Assembly: GCF_000179635.2 (NCBI RefSeq) | Contig: NC_014824.1 | Location: 90,001-122,000 of the forward strand | Source of the DNA: Ruminococcus albus 7 = DSM 20455 | GTDB lineage: Bacteria > Bacillota > Clostridia > Oscillospirales > Ruminococcaceae | Direction of reading: 5' to 3' | DNA length: 32,000 bases | Made by a program: the position numbers and the translations under genes | In this document: piece after piece, positions 13,679-22,033 of the stretch | Numbering within the stretch: the first letter of the stretch is position 1 | Layout: each line of letters begins with the position of its first letter | Notes under the pieces: generated by a model | Databases searched by the model: none | Told to the model about the DNA's origin: nothing | The model's input: only the letters and a program-made list of their open reading frames with translations

Positions 13679-14797
13679 ATGGCAAACAAAGCATTTAAAT
13701 TCAGAATATACCCAAATAACGAGCAAAAGGTTTTGTTTGCCAAAACCTTCGGCTGTGTGAGATTGGTATATAACTATTGGTTATACAAAAAGATCAAGCA
13801 GTATAAAGAATATGAGACAACTTTAAATTACAATGCTTGTGCCAAAGAAATGGCTGAACTTAAGAAAATGGAGAAATACTCATTCTTACGGGAAGTGGAC
13901 AGCGTATCATTGCAGCAGTCGCTTCGACACCTGGATACAGCGTTTCAGAACTTCTATAAACAGCCTAAAACAGGATTTCCCAGGTTCAAATCAAAAAAAT
14001 GTAAAAAGAACAGCTATTCTACCGTTTGTATCAATGGTAACATAGCCATATCCAATGGATACTTGAAATTACCTAAAGTCGGACAAGTCAAAGTAAAACA
14101 GCACAGGAACATTCCTAATGAATATGTTCTCAAGTCTGTGACAGTAAGTCAGACTCCAAGCGGAAAATACTATGCAAGTATTCTGTATGAGTACGAAAAC
14201 CAAGTACAGGAACAGGAACTGCATGACTTCTTAGGGCTTGACTTTTCGATGCACGAGCTGTACAAAGACAGCAACGGCAATGAACCGGCTTACCCCGGAT
14301 ACTACAGAAGAGCTGAAAAAAAGCTAAAAAGAGAACAAAAAAAACTTTCTCTTATGCAGAAAGGCTCTAAAAACCGTGATAAACAACGTATCAAGGTTGC
14401 TAAAATGCATGAGAAAGTTGCAAATCAACGAAAGGACTTTCTACATAAACAGTCAAGACAGATAGCCAATGCCTATGATTGTGTATGTATAGAAGATCTA
14501 AACATGCAAGCAATGTCTCAGGCACTTAAATTCGGCAAGTCGGTTTCAGATAACGGCTGGGGAATGTTTGTAACATTCCTGAAGTACAAACTGGAAGAGC
14601 AAGGCAAAAGGCTTGTAAAGATAGATAAATTCTTTGCGAGCAGTCAGACTTGTTCGTGCTGTGGATACATCAATAAGGAAACAAAGAACCTTGCTATAAG
14701 AGCATGGGACTGTCCCGAATGCGGAACTCACCATAACAGAGATGTAAATGCTGCAATAAATATAAGAAATGAAGGTATGCGTATAGCATTAGCGTAG
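13679..14797 (+). CDS. tnpB: TnpB RNA-guided endonuclease (IS200/IS605 OrfB family), apparently intact
   Basis: SD aaaggag, then ATG 13679 (MANKAFKFRIYPNNEQ...). RuvC residues are present: LGLDFS (D), CIEDLN (E), HNRDVNAAINI (D). Zinc finger CSCCG...CPECG. Confidence 0.9.
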   Translation: MANKAFKFRIYPNNEQKVLFAKTFGCVRLVYNYWLYKKIKQYKEYETTLNYNACAKEMAELKKMEKYSFLREVDSVSLQQSLRHLDTAFQNFYKQPKTGFPRFKSKKCKKNSYSTVCINGNIAISNGYLKLPKVGQVKVKQHRNIPNEYVLKSVTVSQTPSGKYYASILYEYENQVQEQELHDFLGLDFSMHELYKDSNGNEPAYPGYYRRAEKKLKREQKKLSLMQKGSKNRDKQRIKVAKMHEKVANQRKDFLHKQSRQIANAYDCVCIEDLNMQAMSQALKFGKSVSDNGWGMFVTFLKYKLEEQGKRLVKIDKFFASSQTCSCCGYINKETKNLAIRAWDCPECGTHHNRDVNAAINIRNEGMRIALA

Positions 14798-14930
14798 CCT
14801 TAAATCATAAAAACCGTGGGACACACGGGGTTAGCTCGCTTATGCTTAGTGCATTAGTACTATCGAACGAGAACCGAACTCGCTGAGGTCAGGGGAAGCC
14901 CCCGCCTCTTTAGGCGGGGGAGGATGTCAC
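14798..14930 (+). ncRNA. Probable omega-RNA (reRNA) scaffold 3' part of element 1
   Basis: Structured sequence directly after tnpB, ending in the hairpin cccccgcc/ggcggggg plus aggatgtcac at the element end. The position matches the known TnpB omega-RNA layout. The 5' boundary probably lies inside the tnpB 3' end and was not determined. Confidence 0.5.
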
Positions 14931-15243
14931 CCTTGTATACTACAGGAATAAGCTCATTTGTATTCTTGACCTGTATCAGAAGTGAACGTCCGCTCATGCT
15001 GTATTCATCATCTACATATCTTATTATAACAGTGCTGTCGGGAATCAGTTGTTGTAGTATTTTTTCATAAACCTTTCTGTCGAAGATGAAATCAGAATCC
15101 GTTGCTGACGTGAAAACCTCGATAGCATAACAAAGACTGTCGAGTTCTTCTTCAGATTCAGCACCTGCAATATAGTCATCATACGCGACCTTGATGAAGA
15201 ACCCATACTCGTTGTTATCATAATACTCTACTTTCATGGACAA
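14860..15243 (-). CDS. Hypothetical protein (127 aa as read); the last ~24 codons are read from the IS element right end
   Basis: ORF MSMKVEYYDNNEYGFFIKVAYDDY...VVYKG, followed by DILPRLKRRGLPLTSASSVLVR, which overlaps 14860-14930 (the IS hairpin). Its start lies 18 nt after the upstream PTP-like gene. Confidence 0.55.
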   Translation of the reverse strand: MSMKVEYYDNNEYGFFIKVAYDDYIAGAESEEELDSLCYAIEVFTSATDSDFIFDRKVYEKILQQLIPDSTVIIRYVDDEYSMSGRSLLIQVKNTNELIPVVYKGDILPRLKRRGLPLTSASSVLVR

Positions 15244-15260
15244 TTCCTCCGAAAATAAAA

Positions 15261-15578
15261 TTACAAATATTCACTTACGCTGCTATCAAGCAAAGCGATA
15301 AGTTCCTCGTCCATAAACCCATATTCATCGGGAATGTTTAAGCAGATAACCTTTTTGTTCGAAAGTGACGAACTGTATTTATCCTTTATTCTACGAAGAT
15401 GTTTCTTTTCCATACAAAAGATCATGTCGGCCCAGCCGATAAGACCTTCCGTGACTTTCACACGAGAATTGTTTTCCGTTCCTGCAGAACGTACCTGATG
15501 TCCATTGTATCCGTCGAAGTATTTCTCGGCTGTAAGACTTCGGCGTTTGTTTTGACTACATAGAAATAGTATTTTCAT
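15261..15578 (-). CDS. Low-molecular-weight protein-tyrosine-phosphatase-like protein (105 aa)
   Basis: N-terminal MKILFLCSQNKRRS contains the C-X5-R(S/T) P-loop. The size and the later D-containing loop fit the LMW-PTP/ArsC-like fold (from memory). Confidence 0.65.
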   Translation of the reverse strand: MKILFLCSQNKRRSLTAEKYFDGYNGHQVRSAGTENNSRVKVTEGLIGWADMIFCMEKKHLRRIKDKYSSSLSNKKVICLNIPDEYGFMDEELIALLDSSVSEYL

Positions 15579-16123
15579 GGAGTTCCTTTAGTTGTCATTC
15601 ATTCCGAATTTTTTGCTTAATAATCTGGCTTTCCACTTGTTCTCGATTTTGACGATTTAGCCGCCGCACGCTCGTGACTTTAGTCATGAGCGTGCGGCGG
15701 CATTTCTTGACATTCTGTTGAGCATGGTCGAGGGTATGTATATTCATTGTAATACCATATCGTAAGAGCTACCAAATACAGGAAGTCCTGATCATATACT
15801 TCGTCTTGTAAACTGTAAGCCTCAATTAAGAACGTCAGATACTATAATTCTTAAGTGAAAGACAGCTAAGTGAGTAAGATTAGCTGTCTTTCTGCATCTT
15901 AAACCTCATAAAAAGAAAAATTGAATTCTGTTTTTGTCACGCGTGACACAAACACAGAACAACTTTTAAGTATATAAAATTTTAAATTCTTAAAAAAATC
16001 TACTATAATAAATATATATGGAAACCATCGTATTTTGTAGCAACTGTAAGCGACAGAAGTCTTAAACAGGTAACAGATTACATTAATTCTCAAAAAACCA
16101 AGTAGAAGGAGGGAGTCTGCAGT

Positions 16124-17449
16124 ATGCAGATATATACGACTTACAGCGTTAAGATCAAGCATTACAACAACATCTTTAAAGATACCGTTATCGTATACAG
16201 ACATGCTGTAGATTACCTTATCAGCGTTTGTCTGGATCATTGGGATAACATTGTTACATTCAAAGGGGTGAGTAGACTCACATATATTGAAACACTGATC
16301 CATGCTACAAAAGATAATCCCGATCCAATTTATGATTTTGATGCCAAATTCTATAAGATGCCAAGCTATCTGCGCCGTGGTGCAATCAACGAGGCTATAG
16401 GCAAGGTATCATCTTACAAAAGCAATCTCGATAACTGGATCAAAGATCCGGTCGGAAGAGAACCATCGCATCCAAAAGCAGGTTATTCATTCCCGTCTAT
16501 GTATCGTACAGGAATGTACAATCAGACCGGTGATTATACTGCCCAGATCAAAGTCTACATCCGTAATACATGGGACTGGATAACGATAAACCTTAAAAAG
16601 TCTGATATGGATTATATATACAGACATTGCCGCTTACGCAAACAATGCGCTCCAACACTTCAAAAACGAGGCAAGGAGTGGTTTTTGGACTTTCCGTTTG
16701 AGGAAAAGGTCAAACTTGCAGATATATCTGTGTATGAACAGACCATTGTTGCTGTAGATCTTGGTATCAACACTGCCGCTACGGTTTCCGTAATGCGTTC
16801 AGATGGCACTATTCTTGGAAGGCATTTTTGTAAGCTTACCAAAGAAACAGACCATCTGATGCATAGCATTAACCGTATAAAAAAAGCTCAGCAGCATGGT
16901 AACTATAAAACACCAAGGCTTTGGGCAAAAGCCAAAGGCATCAATCACGACATTGCCATAAAAACTGCGAACTGCATCGTAAATATAGCTGTTCTTTATA
17001 ATGCAGATGTTATTGTATTTGAGCATTTAGACAAGAACGGTAAGGTCCGCGGTTCTAAAAAGCAGAAACTCAAGCTGTGGCGCAGTCAGGAAGTTCAGTC
17101 TATTGTAACGAATAAAGCTCACAGACTGGGTATGAGAGTAAGCCATATCTGTGCATGGAATACGTCACGCCTTGCCTACGATGGCAGTGGTTTTGTACTT
17201 CGTGGTAAATTCGGTGGTTTCAATACCTATGAGCTATGCAAATTTCAAAATGGCAAGTCCTACAACTGTAATCTATCTGCTTCGTATAATATTGGGGCAA
17301 GATATTTCATACGTGAAATATTAAAATCCTTGGATGAGAATTCAAGGTTGCTCATTGAGGCAAAAGTACCTCAATGCAGTAAGAGAAGCACCTGCACGTT
17401 CTCTACCTTAGTTAACCTGAATGCGGAAATTATTGCTCAAACAGCATAA
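16124..17449 (+). CDS. TnpB-related protein (441 aa) with an atypical RuvC-III / zinc-finger region
   Basis: SD ggaggga, then ATG 16124. RuvC-I IVAVDLGIN and RuvC-II DVIVFEHLD are present. The position aligning to RDVNAAINI reads CNLSASYNI (Asn instead of Asp). The CxxC...CxxC cysteines are replaced by LAYDGSG ... CKFQNGKSYNC. Confidence 0.75.
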   Translation: MQIYTTYSVKIKHYNNIFKDTVIVYRHAVDYLISVCLDHWDNIVTFKGVSRLTYIETLIHATKDNPDPIYDFDAKFYKMPSYLRRGAINEAIGKVSSYKSNLDNWIKDPVGREPSHPKAGYSFPSMYRTGMYNQTGDYTAQIKVYIRNTWDWITINLKKSDMDYIYRHCRLRKQCAPTLQKRGKEWFLDFPFEEKVKLADISVYEQTIVAVDLGINTAATVSVMRSDGTILGRHFCKLTKETDHLMHSINRIKKAQQHGNYKTPRLWAKAKGINHDIAIKTANCIVNIAVLYNADVIVFEHLDKNGKVRGSKKQKLKLWRSQEVQSIVTNKAHRLGMRVSHICAWNTSRLAYDGSGFVLRGKFGGFNTYELCKFQNGKSYNCNLSASYNIGARYFIREILKSLDENSRLLIEAKVPQCSKRSTCTFSTLVNLNAEIIAQTA

Positions 17450-17556
17450 TTTTCTGAGTTCAGGCTGTATGGTAGAAACGTAGTCCGCCTGCCTAAAGTG
17501 GGCGTGTCCGCTAGACACTATAGGAAGCACGCGACTTTAGTCGTGTGAGGCTTCAC
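17450..17556 (+). ncRNA. Probable omega-RNA-like scaffold 3' part of element 2
   Basis: Structured tail after the tnpB-like stop, ending in the hairpin at 17528-17547 plus aggcttcac. Confidence 0.4.
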
Positions 17557-18300
17557 AACGTCTTCTGTGATGATTGTTTTCGGGAGAATTTGCAGTGTCG
17601 AAAACTGGAAAGCATGGTATCTTTCAGGGTAGTAACAGATAAGTTCTTTCATCTTTTTGTTGTATCCGTGATGTGAATTTACATAGCAGCACCATCTGCC
17701 AAATAAACCATCTTCACCGTAAGCCGAGCCGCCATATTGCTTTCCTGTTTCCGTGTCAACGATAAGATAGATGGCATTTACGGATTTGAGCGCAATGTGC
17801 CATGCTTCGTATATCTCTTTGTTATCCACGATTTCTTTAAGCTGGTCATAGGAAAGCAACGCTTCATCATATCCCATAAATACTTTCTTCTGGTCGGGCA
17901 TTATTGAGATAACAGGCTTTTCTGTCGTTCCTTTTTGATCCCACTTACGAGTAGACGGACCCCAATCAATGGTCAGTTTGCCTTCGTATTCTTTTAGCAG
18001 ATCAACTTTTGTTAGCTCGTATATTGCATTATCGCCTTTATAGCATTCCGCTTCTTTTTCAGGCATTCCTTCGGGAAGCATATCTGGAGTGTCAGAAACA
18101 TAATCACCAACTTTGTATATGGCATAAAGCTGAGCTAAAGTGCCTTTACCACTTATAAATACGACCCAGTATTCATAAACTTTTCCATTGTCAGCACACT
18201 CTTTGAAAACCTTATCAGAAAGTGCGTGTCTTATTAGCTTAACTTTTTTGGGATCCAGTCCTACTTTTTTCAGAATATCAGAAAAATACAGTATTACCAT
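17518..18300 (-). CDS. GIY-YIG nuclease-domain protein (260 aa); the last ~13 codons are read from the IS element 2 end
   Basis: Start MVILYFSDILKK at 18300. C-terminal GIY-YIG-like block AIYLIVDTETGKQYGGSAYGEDGLFGRW. The tail VVKPHTTKVACFL overlaps 17518-17556. Confidence 0.7.
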   Translation of the reverse strand: MVILYFSDILKKVGLDPKKVKLIRHALSDKVFKECADNGKVYEYWVVFISGKGTLAQLYAIYKVGDYVSDTPDMLPEGMPEKEAECYKGDNAIYELTKVDLLKEYEGKLTIDWGPSTRKWDQKGTTEKPVISIMPDQKKVFMGYDEALLSYDQLKEIVDNKEIYEAWHIALKSVNAIYLIVDTETGKQYGGSAYGEDGLFGRWCCYVNSHHGYNKKMKELICYYPERYHAFQFSTLQILPKTIITEDVVKPHTTKVACFL

Positions 18301-18301
18301 A

Positions 18302-18532
18302 TTATTCCAGCCTCTCAAATCTCCTGAATGACTTTCCGTCCTTTTCAACTAACTCATTCCACATCTCAGCGGGGCGCACCCATACACCGTGTTCGCCGTA
18401 AAGCGCACGATAAACGACCATAGGTTCAAGTGTTTCCGAGTGCTGTGCTATTTCAAGAACTTCATATTCGTTACCTTTGTAGTGACGGTATTTGCCTTTT
18501 GGAATAGTGTTTAATGCTTCTTTATAGGTCAT
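18302..18532 (-). CDS. DUF1653-like small protein (76 aa)
   Basis: The pattern KGKYRHYKGNEYEVLEIAQHSETLEPMVVYRALYGEHGVWVRP is typical of DUF1653 (from memory). The gene is tightly packed with both neighbours. Confidence 0.7.
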   Translation of the reverse strand: MTYKEALNTIPKGKYRHYKGNEYEVLEIAQHSETLEPMVVYRALYGEHGVWVRPAEMWNELVEKDGKSFRRFERLE

Positions 18533-18783
18533 TCAGTATCATCTCCGGTTATAAAGCTCTCTATAACTGCCATTATTTCATCAAGTCGCTTTTCGCCGAT
18601 ACCGTTGATTTTACCTATCGCATTACGCAGATCGGTCAGGTCAACATATGTACTTTCGGCGCTTGCAACGCCTTGATTGTATATATTTCTGAGTACAGAC
18701 TGCATCTTCTCTCGGCTCATTTTCTTGACCTCTTTGTATAGGGAACGTGGCAGTTCAAATGAATTATCTTTTTCTTCTGACAT
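18529..18783 (-). CDS. Hypothetical small protein (84 aa), first gene of the minus-strand operon
   Basis: SD aaaggag, then ATG 18783 (MSEEKDNSFELPRSLYKE...). Its stop overlaps the next start by 4 nt. Confidence 0.6.
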   Translation of the reverse strand: MSEEKDNSFELPRSLYKEVKKMSREKMQSVLRNIYNQGVASAESTYVDLTDLRNAIGKINGIGEKRLDEIMAVIESFITGDDTE

Positions 18784-18943
18784 TATATGGATACTCCTTT
18801 CATTATAAAGAATATAACAATTATACCATACCAAAATTCGATAGTCAATAAATTTGTTGGCAAAATGCCCTGAAATTCGAACTTTAAGGCTTATTATCAT
18901 ATAAAAGATTCTTCCATCTTTTGGAATTATCATTTGAATCTAA

Positions 18944-18972
18944 TTGACTTTTTTAAAATTCTTGTGTATAAT
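18944..18972 (+). promoter_or_regulatory. Consensus promoter
   Basis: TTGACT, 17-nt spacer, TGtATAAT-like region (gtgTATAAT). Confidence 0.6.
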
Positions 18973-19006
18973 TTACTTGAATGACTTTTCAGAAAGGATG
19001 ATTATA

Positions 19007-19186
19007 ATGCATAAACGTACACAGGAAGAAAGAATCTTCGGAACTTGGGTCGTAGTAGTTGAAAATTCCAATCTTAAATGGTTTTTTCACAATAAAGACG
19101 CTAAGGAATATAAACAATTTTGTGAAAACAATGGCATAAACGCTTATATCTGTAAAAATATAACTGATTCAGAGAATGATAACTAG
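19007..19186 (+). CDS. Hypothetical small protein (59 aa)
   Basis: SD aaagga, then ATG 19007 (MHKRTQEERIFGTWVVVVENSNLKWFFHNKDAKEYKQFCENNGINAYICK...). Confidence 0.5.
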   Translation: MHKRTQEERIFGTWVVVVENSNLKWFFHNKDAKEYKQFCENNGINAYICKNITDSENDN

Positions 19187-19200
19187 GAATAATATTTTGA

Positions 19201-19626
19201 ATGACGAGAGGATTATTTTATGAGAAAAATATAGTTACAGTTATAATTACTGCATGCTGTCTTACTGCCTGCGGTTCAGTTACAAACCCAGAACATGATA
19301 ATACATCTACCCAGAGTGAAACAACAGCAACGACCACTACAACTACCGAATCATCACGTCATAAGGGCGTAACTAAAATAATTGAGATCTCGGAACCTGA
19401 AGCCAAGACGACTTCCGACGAAGAATGGCATCGTCGTGATACGTACCACTCGACGATCGGGCTCGATACTTACGTCTATGCAGAACCTTCAGAAGATTTC
19501 GAGCAGATAGGTGAACTTAAAATAGGGGATGTAGTTGTGGATATCGGCGATGCAAATGTCGATAATTGGATAGTTATTGAATGGAATGACGGTATTGGTT
19601 TTGTTAATAGAGACTATATATGGTAG
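19201..19626 (+). CDS. Lipoprotein with C-terminal SH3b-like domain
   Basis: Lipobox LTAC|G after a hydrophobic segment, then a Thr-rich linker. C-terminal YVYAEPSEDFEQIGELKIGDVVVDIGDANVDNWIVIEWNDGIGFVNRDYIW. Confidence 0.7.
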   Translation: MTRGLFYEKNIVTVIITACCLTACGSVTNPEHDNTSTQSETTATTTTTTESSRHKGVTKIIEISEPEAKTTSDEEWHRRDTYHSTIGLDTYVYAEPSEDFEQIGELKIGDVVVDIGDANVDNWIVIEWNDGIGFVNRDYIW

Positions 19627-19653
19627 AATTTTCATAGACATATGTTGAATTTA

Positions 19654-19686
19654 GAAGAACTTGAGCTTTCAAGTTCTTTTTTATTT
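19654..19686 (+). terminator. Intrinsic terminator
   Basis: gaagaacttga / tcaagttctt stem followed by a T-run. Confidence 0.7.
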
Positions 19687-20239
19687 TCCCGAATTTTCTT
19701 CTATCATTACATCAAAGAACCCATCATCAGATAAAGAGGTGTCTGATATGCACAAAATCGAATTGTATTTTTTGATGACGGTGTTTTTTAATGTTTTTCA
19801 CAATAGCCCGAAAATACGGGAACTTAGCGCTTTTTATTTAAAGCTGTTTTGCATAGCTTTTAATGGGTTTTAATAACCTATAATGACCAATATTATGGTG
19901 TGTTCCGAATAAATTAGTGTCAGATAGGATTTGCAGCATATTGTTTATATTATCTGTTCTGCTTTTTTCTTCTTGTTGCTTGATAAAACAATTTATATGA
20001 TATATTTGCTGTTTTTTATCATTTATGATAAGACAGCAAAAATCACATTCGTACATCTTCGGGCAGCTTCATATAACTTTGTTGACCAAAAGTTGTCCAA
20101 GACAGACTAAGACAGCGGAATATATCGTAATCAAAAAAGGCAGGCTGAGCGTTCTCCTCACCCTGCCCCAATTTTACCCGCCGCATTTGTCACTATCGCC
20201 AAACATTTAGTTAATAAAGATAATAACCGACACATTTTC

Positions 20240-20268
20240 TTGACGAATCTGCCAAAACGTGTTATAAT
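20240..20268 (+). promoter_or_regulatory. Consensus promoter of the surface-protein gene
   Basis: TTGACG, 17-nt spacer, TGtTATAAT. Confidence 0.6.
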
Positions 20269-20371
20269 GCCAATTAGTTGTAAAGATTTTTTTCAAAATA
20301 GTAACAGAAGCTTTCTCTTGAGGTGTCTTTCCCCGAAAGGCTTGCTTTTGTAAAAAACAGGAGGTATTTAT

Positions 20372-21775
20372 ATGACTATCAGAAATTCATGGAAGAAGCT
20401 TATAGCAGGCACACTGGCTGTGCTCGTTGTTGCAGGTGCGGCGCCTGCGGCTCTCGGCGGCGGCGTGAAGCTGTTTGATACGGCGATAGTGGCGAGCGCG
20501 GACAGCAGTACAATAACTGTTGTATCGACCACCGATGAACTGTATGCCGCTTTGGATGACAGCTCCGTTTCGTATATTCTGTTCGCCGGTGATATTACCA
20601 TTGGCTCTTCCATATATATCAACAGAGATCTGACAGTAGACCTTAACGGTTATACCTTGTCCCATTCGGCGTGGATACTGTTCAATGCTGACTGTAAAGT
20701 AACGTTTCAGAACGGTACGATAAACAAGGGATCGGGTAGTGGCTATTTTTACGGTTATGCTACAGTTAAACTGACATTGAAGGATCTTAATCTGTATACA
20801 TCGTATAGTGTTGTTAATATTGCTAATTCAGCAAGCAGTGTCACACTGGATAATGCATATTTTGAGTCAGCGTATGACTATTCTTTTGCATACAACGATA
20901 ACGAAGCCACGGTAAACGGCACTTCGAGGGATACACCTGTCTCGACATTTACCAGAAATGTGACCGGAGTGACGCTTGACAAGACCGAAATGGAGCTGAC
21001 CTACGGCGAGAGCGATACTGTATCGGTAACTTTGCTCCCGTTTGATGCCGAGAACAAGCGTCTTACCGTTCTGGTCGGTGACACCGATATTGCTGATTAT
21101 GAGTTTGATCAGACCAATCCCAATGGAATTATTGTAACAGGCAAGAAGGCTGGGACAACGACTATAACATTTACCGGTGACAGCTGGACAGATACGATCG
21201 ATGATGACATATCTGCCGTACTGACCGTGACCGTAAACAAGGCTGACAGCACCGTTACCGTAGCCCCCACAGCCAACGAGCTGACCTACACAGGCAGCGG
21301 ACAGGATCTTGTAGCAAAGGGTGAGACCGAGGACGGAACGATCGTATATGCTATCGGCGAGAGCGCAGATACCGCACCTAATGCCGATGCATTCTCCGAG
21401 AATATCCCGGGCGGCACCGAAGCAGGCGATTACTATGTATGGTACAAGGTCATCGGTGACGAGAACCACAACGACAGCGAGCCTGTATCTGTAAAGGTAA
21501 CGATCGCAGAGCCCGAAGACAGCAGCACTCCCGACAGCTCCGAGACCGACAGCAGCACAGTTGACAGTAGCGAAGCTGAAAGCAGCGAAGCAGAGAGCAA
21601 GGCAGATGAAAGCAAGGCAGACAGCAAGTCTGATTCGACCAAGACTGACAGCTCTTCAAAGGCAGCCTCAGCAGCAACGACCTCTAACCCTGCAACAGGC
21701 TCAGCCGCAGCAGGAGTAAGCGCAACAGCCCTCGCAGCCGCAGCACTTATCGTTTCAAAGAAGAAAGACGAATAA
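20372..21775 (+). CDS. Cell-wall-anchored surface protein with Big_2 (bacterial Ig-like) domain, acidic Ser-rich stalk and an NPATG sortase-type sorting signal
   Basis: SD aggagg plus a signal peptide. Big_2-like VTGVTLDKTEMELTYGESDTVSVTLLP...GTTTITFTG. C-terminus NPATG, a hydrophobic stretch, then KKKDE. Confidence 0.8.
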   Translation: MTIRNSWKKLIAGTLAVLVVAGAAPAALGGGVKLFDTAIVASADSSTITVVSTTDELYAALDDSSVSYILFAGDITIGSSIYINRDLTVDLNGYTLSHSAWILFNADCKVTFQNGTINKGSGSGYFYGYATVKLTLKDLNLYTSYSVVNIANSASSVTLDNAYFESAYDYSFAYNDNEATVNGTSRDTPVSTFTRNVTGVTLDKTEMELTYGESDTVSVTLLPFDAENKRLTVLVGDTDIADYEFDQTNPNGIIVTGKKAGTTTITFTGDSWTDTIDDDISAVLTVTVNKADSTVTVAPTANELTYTGSGQDLVAKGETEDGTIVYAIGESADTAPNADAFSENIPGGTEAGDYYVWYKVIGDENHNDSEPVSVKVTIAEPEDSSTPDSSETDSSTVDSSEAESSEAESKADESKADSKSDSTKTDSSSKAASAATTSNPATGSAAAGVSATALAAAALIVSKKKDE

Positions 21776-21800
21776 TGATCTGATATTGATCTGACACAGC

Positions 21801-21829
21801 AGACCGCCCCAAGTGGGCGGTCTGTTTTT
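21801..21829 (+). terminator. Intrinsic terminator
   Basis: agaccgccc / gggcggtct stem followed by gtttttg. Confidence 0.8.
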
Positions 21830-22033
21830 GTCATGCAGAAGTTAAACCACCTAAAGATAGACTGGAAGGAAAAAAATACAGAAAAACTACAAGAACGAAG
21901 AAAGCTGTTTGAGAAAAAAAGAGAGGTGTTATTCACCATTAGAGAAAAAGCGTTTGGTAAGTTATACTAAGCGCTTTTTCATTAAAAGAATATGTTTCTT
22001 AAGAAAAATCATTCTATGCCAAAACTTGTTTTT

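Larger units (their letters stand above)
13335..14930 (+). mobile_element. IS200/IS605-family tnpB-only (IS1341-like) element 1; the left boundary is uncertain
   Basis: Two related subterminal hairpins: ctcccacc-tctta-ggtgggag-atgaattgc (13341-) and cccccgcc-tcttta-ggcggggg-aggatgtcac (14899-14930). tnpB lies between them and no tnpA is present. Confidence 0.6.
15655..17556 (+). mobile_element. IS200/IS605-type element 2 carrying a divergent tnpB-like gene
   Basis: A 19-bp hairpin gccgccgcacgctcgtgac-ttta-gtcatgagcgtgcggcggc lies at 15660-15701. A related hairpin cacgcgac-ttta-gtcgtgtg at 17528-17547 is followed by aggcttcac (compare aggatgtcac of element 1). Confidence 0.55.

Noticed and set aside
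15899-16303. 134-aa minus-strand ORF overlapping the start of the TnpB-like gene.
   Set aside because: It is AT-rich and low-complexity, overlaps a well-supported plus-strand gene, and has no SD.
19838-20056. 72-aa minus-strand ORF (MYECDFCCLIINDKKQQIYHINCF...).
   Set aside because: It has no SD or promoter, sits in an AT-rich intergenic context, and has no recognisable motif. It is possibly real but unsupported.
21433-21939. 168-aa minus-strand ORF and other ORFs across the Ser/Asp/Glu-rich stalk of the surface protein.
   Set aside because: They lie antisense to a gene with signal peptide, Big_2 domain and sorting signal. The low-complexity region generates open frames on both strands.
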